Assembly (NCBI RefSeq): GCF_006345805.1
Contig: NC_043017.1
Location: 18,786,001-18,850,000 of the forward strand
Length of the DNA: 64,000 nt
DNA from: Octopus sinensis
Lineage: Eukaryota
Direction of reading: 5' to 3'
In this document: piece after piece, positions 35,194-47,950 of the stretch
Position numbering within the stretch: the stretch's first letter is position 1
How the letters are laid out: the number at the start of each line of letters is the position of its first letter
Translations under genes and position numbers: made by a program
Notes under the pieces: model-generated
The model's database searches: none
What the model was told of the DNA's origin: nothing
What the model saw: only the letters and a program-made list of their open reading frames with translations

Positions 35194-36126
35194 TTACTGT
35201 TGTTTATGAATACCCAAGTGTTTAGTTAAGTAACCTTTTTGAGAGAATGATTTTCCACATATGTCACAGAGATATGGCTTCTCTCCTGTATGAGTACGTT
35301 TATGACGAGTTAATTCACTACTTTCAAGGAATGATTTACTGCAGATATCACATCGAAATGGTTTCTCTCCTGTATGAATACGTTTGTGAGCAGTTAAGTG
35401 ACTGTTTTGGGAGAAGAATTTTCCACAGACATCACAGCGATGTGGTTTATACCCAGTGTGAATACGTACATGAATCATTAAATGATGCTTCACAGAAAAT
35501 GATTTACCACAGATATTGCACTCGTATGGTTTCTCTCCTGTGTGAACACGTTTGTGTTTAGCTAAGATACTTGGTGAGGGGAATGATTTACAACAGATAT
35601 CACAGTGATATGGTTTCTCTCCTGTATGAACACGTTTGTGAATAGTTAAGATTCTTGGTGCAGGGAATGATTTACCACAGATATCACAATGATATGGCCT
35701 CTCACGTGTATGAATATGTTTGTGTCTGGATAAGCTAGAACTGTCTGAGAATGATTTACCACATATATCACAGTGATATGGTTTTTCTCCTGTATGAATA
35801 CGTTTGTGTTTAGTTAGGTTGCCATTTTCAGAGAATGATTTATCACAGATATCACAGTGGTATGGTTTATCCTTTGTATGAATGTGTTTGTGACTAATGA
35901 GGCTGCTTTTATGAGAGAGTGATTTGCCAGAGACGTCAGAATTACATGGTTTCCCTCTTGTATGAATGAGTTTGTGAGTTAAGCCACACTTTTGAGACAA
36001 TGATTTATTACAGATATCACAGTGGTATAACATTTTTCCTTTCTCTTTCTGTATATCCTCAGGGAAATCAATAACTTGAGACTCTGTTTCACATTTAATC
36101 TTTTTCTCACACAATTTGTCTTCCAT
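35194..36126 (-). CDS. C2H2 zinc-finger protein ZNF-E, 310 aa from first ATG (36126), 8 canonical plus 2 degenerate fingers; tandem paralogue of ZNF-D
   Basis: Finger 1 is one residue short; finger 2 has lost both Cys (CNSDVSGKS). Acceptor and uORF MTLA* at 36486 to 36472. Confidence 0.9.
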   Translation of the reverse strand: MEDKLCEKKIKCETESQVIDFPEDIQKEKGKMLYHCDICNKSLSQKCGLTHKLIHTRGKPCNSDVSGKSLSHKSSLISHKHIHTKDKPYHCDICDKSFSENGNLTKHKRIHTGEKPYHCDICGKSFSDSSSLSRHKHIHTRERPYHCDICGKSFPAPRILTIHKRVHTGEKPYHCDICCKSFPSPSILAKHKRVHTGEKPYECNICGKSFSVKHHLMIHVRIHTGYKPHRCDVCGKFFSQNSHLTAHKRIHTGEKPFRCDICSKSFLESSELTRHKRTHTGEKPYLCDICGKSFSQKGYLTKHLGIHKQQ

Positions 36127-36789
36127 TCTTGTTTCTCTCTTGCCACAATAAATATAAAAGTTCTCCTTCACTTTATTTTTATATTTTATTCCAATTTCTT
36201 CGGATATATTTCTATCAACTGTGATTTTTGTCAATATTCGAAGATGCTGCAAATTCCTTTGTAATTCAGCTTCAATTTCAATATCAAATCATTATAATAC
36301 AAATTCCAGTCTGTGAATTTGACAGCATTTTGTATTAAAATTCTGTTCAGAGCCAATATTTCACAGTAATTCTACCACAGATTTAGATAATGAATGGTTA
36401 TATCTGTTCTGTATGATCTGTTTGGCTTTAAAAGATGATAAATATTGATGGATCTCAGGTAAATATTTCATTTATGCCAATGTCATCTCATATTCTGAAA
36501 CAAAAGAGAGCCAAATATAAAATATCGAGGATACTTAAATGAAAGACATTCAACGATGGACATTTTACAACATTTCTTCTATAGTGAGAAATTGTTGACA
36601 TAAACCTTTACCAGGACAATGGACCTTATCCATCAATTTTTTCTTGCTAACAAAACATGCATCAATATCTTTGAGCTGGTGGAAATGCTAACTGTTTATA
36701 TTTTACCAAATTTCAACATCTCCACAGTCTCCTGTTGTCCAACACAACAGTAACACTGTTCTGTTAGGCACTGTGTGAGGAAGCAGGGG

Positions 36790-37312
36790 AGAGAGAGGGA
36801 CAAGCACTTACAAAGACCAAGACTTCCATATCACATAGGCAATGCAACCCGTTTGCGGGACATTGGAGAGAGTCTGAAATTGACTAAGCATTCGAGGTTC
36901 TCAAAGATTAGGTTGTCGAAGCATTGGAGGCATGATGGGAATCGGTAAGATGAGCTGACCCTGAGTAAATATTGAAGCTTAGGGATTAAGAGGTAATTCC
37001 TAAGTATGAAATAACCTTGATGGGGTTCGATTGCTTCAATTTTTTTCAGCAATTGCTCAAAGGTAGCCAGTGATTGGGGCTCCTAGAGAGCATCAAGCTG
37101 ATGGGGAGGAGCTGAAATGGAAGGGAAGGACTCTACAAAAAGGTCAATAATTGGTTGATGTTGAGAAGCTGGGTGGTTGAGGATCCAGAACTCACATTTG
37201 GAGCTGTTTACTTGGAAACACCAGCGACCAAGCACCCCAACAATCATGTTTGCAATAACATGAACTCTGTCTGGAGGTCCCCACAAATAAGCATTGTCGA
37301 AATGCCAGACGT
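36790..37312 (-). mobile_element. Non-LTR retrotransposon fragment of the RLE group (CRE/R2/NeSL-like), RT 3' half
   Basis: WHFDNAYLWGPP (degenerate WYLDD...GP), FQVNSSKCEF, ILRNYLLIPKLQYLLRVS, FDNLIFENLECLVNFRL...VALPM. Confidence 0.7.
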
Positions 37313-37319
37313 ATTAAAA

Positions 37320-38060
37320 AAACAACAATAAGTAATGTCAGCTAAAGCAAGTTTTTCAACTCACTTCTATTACATATATGACAGCCGACACGTATGGGGA
37401 TTAAGACAACATCGTTACTTTAGGAAAATTTCTTCACTTTCTTTGAACACATCAAAACAAACAGGTGCAGTAGGAAAATGACAGAATTTATACAATGTAG
37501 GTGTTGTTTCTATTAATAATACTTACATATTAATACAGAGCCAATGACGGAGATGTCACAATATATTCAAGTTGTCGCAACTCAGACTGGACAGCACATT
37601 TACATTTTACAATAAACCTTTCTTTATATTTCCACACCAGCATAATAAAGATTGCTGTAGCTGTTTCTTTCCGCAGTTAATTAGCAATCATCCAGTAATT
37701 AACCTCTATATTTAATTAATTTGTTCAGTTGATGGAATCTCCGCAATATTACTTCCGTCTCTTCAAATCCAAAAAACATCAGTTTTGTCTTTCTTTCTGA
37801 ATAGATAAAATCGAGTTCCAGTAAAGTGCCGGAGTCGATATGAAGGAATAATGACATTCCCTAATATTTCAGGTTTTGCGTTTTTAACAGAAATGATACT
37901 AACACTGGCCACTGTGTGGAAGGTACCTATTATTTCTTTACACCGCTTAAATAATTAGTACCATCCTTGCATTGGTGTGTTGTAATTATGTTCATTTGAC
38001 GTAAAAACGATTATGGTAATTAAGACGATCTTCAATTTTAGATAGATCATTTAGATACGT
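37320..38060 (-). promoter_or_regulatory. Upstream cassette A plus flank for ZNF-E; inverted copy of 45170-45975
   Basis: Near-identical reverse complement of 45170-45975 and of 51120-51700. Confidence 0.65.
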
Positions 38061-39149
38061 ACACATACATATATATATATATATATAACATGGAGTCATA
38101 ATTGAACCCGTGTCCTCTTGATTTTGTATTGATTCTTTCTCGGAAGCGTTTGTAATTGGAGATATCTTCCAATCTGTTACCTCCTGTTTTGATACATACA
38201 TACAGTTTACAAATAGGGCGAGGATGGGTGTGGAGGAAGACGAATTAAGAGAAATTTTAGGGTACAAATGGTAAGGAAAGATAAAAATAGATATAAACAA
38301 GAAATAAGGAGTTATAAAGAATATTTTGGTGGTTAAAGATTTAGTGGTTGTGAAGGTAAACAAGAGGGAATGTCTATGAAGGCAGGGGGGGAGTTATTCA
38401 TATTTTGAGAATAGGTTGCGTAATCTGTGTCTAGTTTTTACATGCTGACACGAACACAGAGTCGCAATGAATGGGATAAAATATTAAAAAAATATGTGGA
38501 TGCAAAAAATATATTGTTTGCTTGAAATACCGAAACGAAAACGAACTTAGTAAATCCATATTGTTTGTTGACACACGTCTTTGTATCTCATTAATTTACA
38601 CTTTAAATCTTGTAATTAAGTGAATAGGGAGATTTCTTCTTTGAACTCAGAACGTAAATATAAACAAAATGCCACTAAGCATTTCACTCGGAGGCTATAG
38701 TTTCTGCCAGCTTGCCGCCTTAGAGTTTATCTCAATTGTCATTAAAAGTTTTTTAAATGAATGTATCGCTAGCGTTGTACATATTAAAATCAGTGTATAT
38801 ATGTTGTTCCTTTACTAATGTTTCTAATTAAATAATAATTAATCGTTTAAATGTTTCTTTTCTCTCATTGCAAAACACATGCTTTTATAACGAAAGTACT
38901 TTTTTTCATTGAAGTAATCAAAAAAAAAAAATTATAAAATTCGTTTCAGTATTTCAAGTAAACCATGGTGTTTCTATATATTCCCAATTCTACCAAATTC
39001 TGTCGTCATACCCGCCATTTACTGATATTCTGCTATTGATTGTTCCATGCCTTTCTTTCTTATACATATTTAAAGTGGAAAGAAATTATATAAGAGAAAT
39101 TATAAGCAGCATCGCAGGTGAGATACATTATTTTGACGCAGCTGAAGTA

Positions 39150-39735
39150 AAAGATTACCTTGTTTGTATAAAGCGGAATAAGATATAAAGTAACCAAAGG
39201 TATTTAATAGAGAAGATGAAGAATGATCAATTCTACGTCTTTTAGATGGAAAATATAAAGTAGATCAGGATATATATATAAAGACTTGTGTCGAAGCTAG
39301 AGATGAGATAGTTGTTATGACAGTTTATTGTTAGAAATTGCGAAATAATTCTGTTGGTTCTCTGCTATTGTTGGATAAACATCTTTATTACTGGATCTGA
39401 TCTAGTTTACAACAGGCAATTACGTGATACAATTAATTAGAAATGATTGCTAATTAATTGTGAGAAGAAATAGCTACAGCAATATTTATTATGTCGAAGT
39501 GAAAAATCTAAATGAAATTTTGTTGTAAAATATAGAAGTTGCGTTAAAGCTGTCGTTGTCCAGTATGAGTTTGAATCTATGGTGACATCTTCGTCATTGG
39601 CTCTATATCAATATGTAAGTATTGATAGAAGCAACATCAACATTGTATAGGTCGTGTCCTCTTTCTACTACATCTGTTTGTTTGGATGTGTTCAAAGATT
39701 ATAGAAAGAAAGTGAAGAAGAGAAGAAATTTTGGT
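39150..39735 (+). promoter_or_regulatory. Upstream cassette A0 + A of ZNF-F, cut by a repeat insertion at ~39735
   Basis: Core GACATCTTCGTCATTGGCTCTATATCAATATGTAAGT at ~39585-39622. Confidence 0.55.
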
Positions 39736-40035
39736 TGTTTACTTTATTACCCAGTCATAACCAGGGTATGGTTATGGTTAGGGTGGGGGAAGGGTATCTT
39801 TTTTCTCATAAATAACTGACAAACTGATATGACACCGCATTGACAAACAACCGCAGAAATTGTATTCACCTCAATAGACGTCATTGATTGGTTGAAATTG
39901 CCGAAATGCAAGAAATTTAACAAGAAATAGCTTACAAACTACAGAATTTTCTCAAGAAAGCCAAGAGAAAAAGATGTTTTATGTAACACACTACCAGTAT
40001 ACGAAGTTTAAAAGTGTTTAGTTACAAAGAAATTT
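39735..40035 (+). repeat. Interspersed repeat (same family as 8100-8290)
   Basis: Shares ~140 bp with 8100-8250. Confidence 0.6.
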
Positions 40036-40781
40036 GTGATGATATATATACACACATATGCATGTACAGAAGCATGCATTAACCCACACCCATCATAAAC
40101 TCTTGTTGTATTTATATTTATCTCAGAGGAGTCGCTATCAAGTCGTCACTCGGTGTTTGTCAGAACAGTTTTACTGTTGTGTTGGACAACGGAGCATTTT
40201 AGAGATGTTCAATGTTGGTAAAATATAGAATGTTGTTGCTTCCACTGGTTTAAAGATATTGATGCATATTTTGTTAGCAGAAAAAAACAGGTGGATGAGT
40301 TCCATTGTCCTAGTAAACTTTTCTATCTACAGTTTATCAATTTAGAAGGAATGTAATAAAATGTCCATCATTGAATGTCTTTCGTTTAAGTATCCTCGAT
40401 ATTTTATATTTGGTTCTCTTTTGTTTCAGAATATCAGATGACATTGGCGTCAAAGAATTATTTACCTGAGATCCATCAATATTTACCATTTTTAAAAACA
40501 AACGAATGATGTCATACAGAACAGATATAAACTCACATTATATAAATCAATGGTAGAATTACTGTGAAATATTGGCTCTGAACAGAATTTTTATGCAAAA
40601 TGCTCTCAAATTCACAGACTGAAATTTGTATTATAATGATTTGATATTGAAATTGAAGCTGAATAACAAAGGAATTTGCAGCATCTTCGAATATTGACAA
40701 AAATTACTGTTGATAGAAATATAGCCACAGACATAGGAATAAAAGAACATTTATATTTATTGTGTCGAGAGAGAAACAAAG

Positions 40782-41897
40782 ATGGAAGACGAATTGTGTG
40801 AGAGAAAGATTAAATGTGAAGCAGAGTCTCAAGTTATAGATTTCCCTGACGATATACAGAAAGAGAAAGGAAAAACATTATATCAGTGTGATATCTGTAA
40901 GAAGTCATTCTCTCTAAAGTGTAACTTAACTACTCACAAACGCATTCATACAGGAGAGAAACCATATCACTGTGATATCTGTGATAAATCATTTTGCCAG
41001 AAAGCCCACCTAATTGGTCACAAACACATTCATACAAAAGATAAGCCATATCAGTGTGATATCTGTGGTAAATCGTTTCCTCAGAGTTGTAACTTAACTA
41101 CTCACATACGTACTCATACAGGGGAGAAGCCATATCAATGTGATATCTGTGGTAAATCATTCGCTCATAAAGGCAGCCTAGTTACTCACAAACACATTCA
41201 TACAAAAGATAAGCCATATCAGTGTGATATCTGTGATAAATCATTTCCTCGGAGTTGTGACTTAACTACTCACATACGCATTCACACAGGAGAGAAACCA
41301 TATCATTGTGATATCTGTGGTAAATCATTCTCTGAAGATAGTAACCTAACTAAGCACAAACGTATTCATACAGGTGAAAAGCCATATCACTGTGATATCT
41401 GTGGTAAATCATTCTCTGAGAGTTCTAGCTTATCCAGACACAAACATATTCATACGGGCGAGAGGCCATATCATTGTGACGTCTGTGGTAAGTCGTTTCC
41501 TGCAACAAGAATCCTAAATATACACAAACGTGTTCATACAGGAGAGAAGCCGTATCACTGTGATATTTGTGGTAAATCATTCCCTGCACCTAGTGTCTTG
41601 ACTATACATAAACGTGTTCATACAGGAGAGAAACCATACGAGTGCGATATCTGTGGGAAATCGTTTTCTGTGAAGCATCACTTAATGATTCACAAGCGTA
41701 TTCATACTGCAGATAAACCATATCACTGTGATGTTTGTGGAGCATTCTTCTCTCAAAACAGCCGCTTAACTGCTCACAAGTATATTCATACAGGAGAGAA
41801 ACCATTTCAGTGTGATGCCTGCAGTAAATCATTCTTTGAAAGTAGTGAATTAAGTCGTCATAAACGTACTCATACTAGAGAAAAGCCATATCACTGA
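40782..41897 (+). CDS. C2H2 zinc-finger protein ZNF-F, 371 aa, 12 fingers; 13th finger lost by deletion
   Basis: 12 fingers ending KPYH*. Acceptor AG at 40428-40429; uATG at 40438. Confidence 0.93.
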   Translation: MEDELCERKIKCEAESQVIDFPDDIQKEKGKTLYQCDICKKSFSLKCNLTTHKRIHTGEKPYHCDICDKSFCQKAHLIGHKHIHTKDKPYQCDICGKSFPQSCNLTTHIRTHTGEKPYQCDICGKSFAHKGSLVTHKHIHTKDKPYQCDICDKSFPRSCDLTTHIRIHTGEKPYHCDICGKSFSEDSNLTKHKRIHTGEKPYHCDICGKSFSESSSLSRHKHIHTGERPYHCDVCGKSFPATRILNIHKRVHTGEKPYHCDICGKSFPAPSVLTIHKRVHTGEKPYECDICGKSFSVKHHLMIHKRIHTADKPYHCDVCGAFFSQNSRLTAHKYIHTGEKPFQCDACSKSFFESSELSRHKRTHTREKPYH

Positions 41898-43034
41898 CTT
41901 CTCAAAAAAACTACCCAACTAAACATCTAGGTATTCATGCATAACAAAAAGCAGCTCATTATCAACATTGAAGCAGAATATGACGTGTGTTGTTTTTTTC
42001 TGATGCTCAAATGAATTTTCTCTATGTTGTGAATTTCTTCATCTAATAATTTTCTAAATACTTCCTAATTGAGAAACCAACCTGAGAATGTCAGTTTACT
42101 CATCCAAAAGGCCGTCAACATGCAAGGTCCATGTCTGGCTACCATGTAGCATCACATCTTAGACAAGCACTATATAATGTGCCCTTCAATCTGATAGAGA
42201 AATCCTTTGTTAACAGCCGAAATTGTTGCCCTTTGAACATTTTTCACTGCCTTCTTAACCTGTCTGCTATGCTTTCAGAACTCCCTACCCTCACAGCTAA
42301 TTAAGTTGCCTAGTCAATAAAGCTGTCTATTAAAAATAACTGATAGCTTTAGCTTCTGGACATTTCTCTCCATATGTTATGTATTCTGCATCTTCTATAC
42401 ATTGTTTCATGTATCTTACATATATCCTGGTTTAAATGTTATTATGGATATATCCCACCAAGGGACCAATTCTGATGTTGGTTTTGATTTCTACAGTTTT
42501 ATCATTTCTTTTATTTCTAGTATGATTTCTTCATGACTTGAGGGTTAAACTGAATGTTTATTTGCAAGTATGAATGTAACCTTAAACTTGATATAAATGC
42601 AAAATGTCATCAGTGTTTTAATGTCCATTGTACATGCTGGTATGGGTTTGATATGTCTGTTACACAAGATATCAGTGCATTTTCTCAATTGTGAGGCCCA
42701 GGATCTTGAATTCTGACCTCATCATTCTTTGTAAATATTCTTAATTACCTGAAATTGAAATAAATGTGGTTTTGCTCTTCAATTATTCTCCTGTTATTCT
42801 AAATGTAGAACATTTAACCAAAACTTGTCCTGACACAACCATAAACTACAGAATTCACAGACTTGATCGTCTTAAGATATTGTTCACGCATATCCTTAAC
42901 CGCTACATATTCATTTATTCAAGTTTATCACACAGTCACTTATTTCTCTAATTTTGTTATAGATTGGCTGACCGAAAACCCCAAGATTTTTTCTTGTCTA
43001 TTTTACTATTATCGACATTCGCTGTGGAGAGGAG

Positions 43035-44975
43035 GTTCTGCTAGGTTCCTCACAGGTACAAGATTTTCTGGGCAGGGAACACTGACGGAGTCGGGGGTGT
43101 GGATATACTTCTTGTGGAGAAATGGGTTGATAAGGTAATCGAGGTAGAGTATGTGACAGAATACTAAGATTAGATTAGTGCTTCATCATGGGTTAGCAAC
43201 CATTATCTTGGCCTATACCCATCAACCAGGGCTATCCGATGGACAGAAAGACTGATTTTATGACACACCCTTGCAGAATACCTCGTTGATGAATGACAAG
43301 AACCTTCTCTTTGTGGCTGGTGACTTCAATGGACATGTTGGACAACATACAGGGTCTTCCATGGAGGCCACGGTTTTGGTTCCCGCAATGAGGAGGGAAC
43401 CAGGCTGCTGGAGTTCTGTGATACGAATGATGTTATAGTTTGCAATACTAACTTCAGTCACCTAGCCACCTACCGTTCTGGCAGACACACTAGCCAAATT
43501 GTCTACATCTTTGCCAAAAAAGGGAAAGATGGCTGCTTATAAATGCCAAAGCCTTCCCAGACGAAGAATGTAACCCACAACATAGACTGGTAGTTAGCGA
43601 CTTCAGGATCAGGGCTAAATGGATGCCCAGAAGACGACCAGCATGGAGAAGAAGGGTCTGGAAGCTTAAAGATCCTGGAAATGAACAGAGATTTAGAGAC
43701 ATATTACTCAAAGCCTTTGACAAAATAGAAGTGGATATAGCTTCACATGATGTGGAAGACAACTGGAGATTTCTACGGGACAATCTGCTGAGGGCCACTG
43801 ACCATATCTGTGGATGGTGCAAAGTTCCCTCTTGACCCAAAATAATGTGGTGGTGAAACGATGTTATTCACAGGGCTATTAGAGAAAAGAAGCAGGTTTG
43901 GAAGAACGGTAGTTGTAGGGAATTGTATCAGACTGCCAGAAGGGAAACTAGGAGACAGGTTTATTTAGCCAGAGGGGAAGCAGATAAGAAAAAATTTGTT
44001 TATGTTCTGCGCCGTGAGGACCAAAGACTTGAAGCATTTTGTGTTGTAAGACAGTGTGTGAAAGAGAATCGTGATGTAGGAGAGAAATGTGTCTGCATGG
44101 ATGATGATTCTCTTGCACTAAACGAGACTGCAAAAAGAGAGGTCTGGAGACTCCATTATGAAAGGTTGCTCAATAAAGAGAATGAATGGGAGAAAGAGAG
44201 TCTGCCGAATGCCGACCCAACAGAGGGACCAGCTATCTGAATTAAGAGTATGAAGACAGGAAAAGCCCCCAGCCCATCAGGAATCACCGCAGAGATGCTC
44301 AAAATATCTGGTGGTGTTGGCTATAGCCTAGTCACCCGTATAGTTAACCACGAAGGAGTCATACCCAGTGACTGGTGTAGCAGCACTATTCAACTGCTAC
44401 AAAGGTAAAAGTGATGCTTTAGATACAAATAATTACAGAGGTATTAAGTTATTGGATCAGGTAATGAAGGTCATGGAGAGGGTCATAGCCCAACTAATTA
44501 GGGAGAGAGTCAGTTTAGATGAGATGCTATATTTTTGGTAAGACAGCTGCAGGAGAAATACCTAGCCAAAGATAAACCTCTGTACCTGGCTTTCATTGAC
44601 ATGGAGAGAGCCTTTGATAGTCCCCCGATCCCTTATCAATGAGGAAACTAGGGATAGATGAATGGTTAGTGAAAGCTGTGCAAGTCATGTACAGGGACAC
44701 TGTCAGTAAGGTGAGGGTTGGCAATGAGTACAGTGAAGAATTCCGAGTGGAGGTAGGGGTCCACCAAGGTTCAGTCCTCAGCCCCCTCCTATTTATCATA
44801 GTTCTCAAGGCAATAACAGAGGTATTCAATACAGAATGCCCCTGGGAGCTTCTCTCGAATAATGACCTTGCTCTAATTTCTGAGTTATTATCAGAACTAG
44901 AGGAGAAATTTCAGGTGTAGAAGTAAGGATTAGAATCGAAGGGCCTTAGAGTCAATCTAGCTAAAACCAAAGGAA
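43035..44975 (+). mobile_element. RTE-clade LINE, endonuclease plus partial RT, heavily disrupted
   Basis: WRGGSARF, VAGDFNGHVG, HRLVVSDF, GKAP, NYRGIKLL, GVHQGSVLSPLLF in shifting frames. Confidence 0.88.
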
Positions 44976-45109
44976 TTACCTTGGATCTGTATTCTACTTG
45001 CATTTATTAGTGTCCATTTGTTGGATATAATTTACCAAATTTGTTTAAAAATGGGTGATTTATTGATATCAACCTGGATATTTTAATCCCTTTTTGTCTG
45101 TCTGTATGT

Positions 45110-45165
45110 ATGCATGTATGTACGTACGTACGTACGTTTGTATGTATGTGTATGTATGTATATGA
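45110..45165. repeat. (TATG/TACG)n microsatellite
   Basis: Direct reading. Confidence 0.85.
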
Positions 45166-45169
45166 TCTA

Positions 45170-46500
45170 TCGGCGATCTTACGGTCGATCTATCTAAAAC
45201 TGAACATCGTTTTAATTACCATAATCGTTTTTACGTCAAATGGAAATAATTATAAGCATACCAATGCAAGGATGGTACTAATTATTTAAGCGGTGTAAAG
45301 AAATAACAGGTACCTTCCTCACGGTGGTCAGTGTTATTATTCCTAATAAAAACGCAAACCTGAAATATTAGGGAAGGTCATTGTTGGATCATATCGACTC
45401 CAGCTTAACCCTAACCCTCCATATATAAAAAAAACAACACTTTCTTGAAATGTATCCGGTATTTATTCAGAAAGGAAGAAAGACAAAACTGATGTTGTTT
45501 GGATTTGAAGAGACGGAAGTAATATTGCGGAGAATTTTCTTCGCTGCTCAACGATTCTGCCAACTGAACAAATTTATTAAATATAGAGGTTAATTACTGG
45601 ATGATTGCTAATTAACTGCGGTAAGAAACAGCTACAGCAATCTTTATTATGTTGGTGTGGAAATATAAAGGAAGGTTTATTGTAAAATGTAAATGTGCCG
45701 TCCAGTCTGAATTGCGACAACTTGAATATATTGTGACATCTCCGTCATTGGCTCTGTATTAATATGTAAGTATTATTAATAGAAACAACACCTACATTGT
45801 ATAAATTCTGTCATTTTCCTACTGCACCTGTTTGTTTTGATGTGTTCAAAGAAAGTGAAGAAATTTTCCTAAAGTAACGATGTTGTCTTAATCCCCATAC
45901 GTGTCGGCTGTCATATATGTAATAGAAGTGAGTTGAAAAACTTGCTTTAGCTGACATTACTTATTGTTGTCTTAATACTTACAGTTTTCCTTTCCACTCT
46001 GCATTCCAATCATCGTTATTTCCCCATATCTTAATATTAATAAGAAAGAGAAAGTTTGTATTTTTTAGGTCACTTCTATACATTGTTTAGTCACCGTTTA
46101 CCTTTTTCTTAAGAAATAAACTTGACAACTTTTATTCTCAAATTTAAAGTGATTTTGATGTTGATTCTCAAAAATCGATGATAATTATCGATAGTCTAGC
46201 TAATAATTACAGCGGATAAAATTGATTCCCAATTAAAATGAAAGAAGAAGAAAAAAACAGACGTATTAAAAGTGTTAATAAAACTTTTCCAAAACTTTCA
46301 TTTAAAGAGCTAAATATATTTTTGTGCCTTATTCACAAACAGCAAATCTTGTAATCTCTATGAGATAGTTGTAGATTCCTCATGGATAAATACACAATCT
46401 ACTATGATATATGAGAAACAAGCAACAGAAATGTTATGTCAAACACTAACAAATGACTAAACATCAACTTTTTACTTTGATTCTTGTTTTTATTTGTGAT
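45170..46500 (+). promoter_or_regulatory. Upstream cassette (flank + A + B) of ZNF-G
   Basis: Most complete cassette copy; direct duplicate at 51120-52260. Confidence 0.65.
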
Positions 46501-46779
46501 TTCGTATTTGTTTTCTCATCCGTTAATATTATATTTAGTTTGTGTTACGTTGATTTCCTTTTGAGGAAATGAAGGATGTTTTAGCAACTTGGGTATTGAA
46601 CACGATTATCTTCATTCTCCTCTGTATAGTCTGACACAGCAAAGAAAAATCGGTGTTACTATAGTATGATATCCACCTTGCTTTTTGTGCCTACCGTAAG
46701 GCACTTTACCAAACAACCCACTTATGGCCTTCAGCACTTAATTCCATCCCATTTAGTTGTTCACAGTAGGACCATGCTA

Positions 46780-47440
46780 GCCAGAGACTTTTACAAAATA
46801 ATTTGAAGTGAAGATGAAGCAGTGTTCTGTTTGAGAGAGCACAGTCTTATTGACCCGGTAGAAAATGTACCTCTTTGTCATAAATGCAGAACACGAATGG
46901 AAGAAAAAAGAAAGATGGATAGAACAGGAGAATTCTGGCCAATATTGGGATGTCCGAAAAAAAGGTGCCAAGCATATCGCACAGTTCTGGAAGGAAATCA
47001 GTTTTTCCACTAATCCAATTTAAATGAGAATATTAATAGCAGATTGAGTGTGTGTGAAATTTCAGAACTAGTGTTCTATTTTATTCACGAAATTCCGAGG
47101 AGTACCACAGTAAACTTTACTGGAAAGTCGCCCAATACTATTACAGACTGATTTAATATGTGTCATGAAGTTTGTAGCACGATAATATTACACCAGACAA
47201 GGGGTCAAATGATTGGCACACAGGAAAATTCTATACAGGTTGTCTAAGGTCAGTTTGCTGGTCATCGTTGATTGTTGACTGGTGATCAACCTCCGAACTC
47301 AGAGGATTCTGATGCAGAACTTATAAATAAGAAGAACTATGGGGCATGCATAGATGGCCCCTGGGTTTATAGTCTGAAAAATGGGCTTGATTGTCTGTAC
47401 TTTTATATTCAATGAAGAGATGGGGACACACTCATGATAA
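46780..47440 (+). mobile_element. Merlin / IS1595(ISXO2)-like DNA transposase remnant
   Basis: CHKCRTRM...CPKKRC...VLEGNQFF; CHEVCS...RGQMIGTQENSIQV; KNYGACIDGPWVYSL...RDGDTLM. Stops and frameshifts present. Confidence 0.65.
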
Positions 47441-47920
47441 ACAATGACCTGTTCACTGCTTTTTTAAATGATATCAGATCAGTTTACTAACATTCAAATC
47501 AATATTTGAAGATTTTTTTATTTTGCATAATAAGATGTTAATGAGTTTTAATAAATTTTACACTACAGACTGTTTATTATGCTCCTTTCCTTTTGTAGAA
47601 TAAATGTTTAATGATTTTTAATATATTTCATACTACCAACAGTTGGTAGACATCCTACTATAGTAGAAAATGGGTGGTAGATATCATAGATTAGTAGCAC
47701 AATTTGGTAAAATATAAAGAGTTGGCATTTCCACCAGCTCAAAGATATTGATGCATGTTTTGTCAGCAGAAAAGAAAAACAAAAAGAACAGGTGGATGAG
47801 GTCCATTGACCTGGTAAAGGTTTCTATCTACAATTTCTCACTTTAGAAGAAATGTAAAATGTCCACTGTGGAATGTCTTTCATTTAAGTATCCTCGATAT
47901 TTTATATTTGGTTCTCTTTT

Positions 47921-47950
47921 ATTTCAGAATATCAGATGACATTGGCATAA
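47921..47950 (+). promoter_or_regulatory. Splice acceptor (AG 47926-47927) and micro-uORF MTLA* (47936-47950) of ZNF-G
   Basis: ATTTCAG|AATATCAGATGACATTGGCATAA. Confidence 0.75.

Noticed and set aside
39770-39790. GGTTAGGGT telomere-like motif
   Set aside because: Single unit inside an interspersed repeat; no tandem array.
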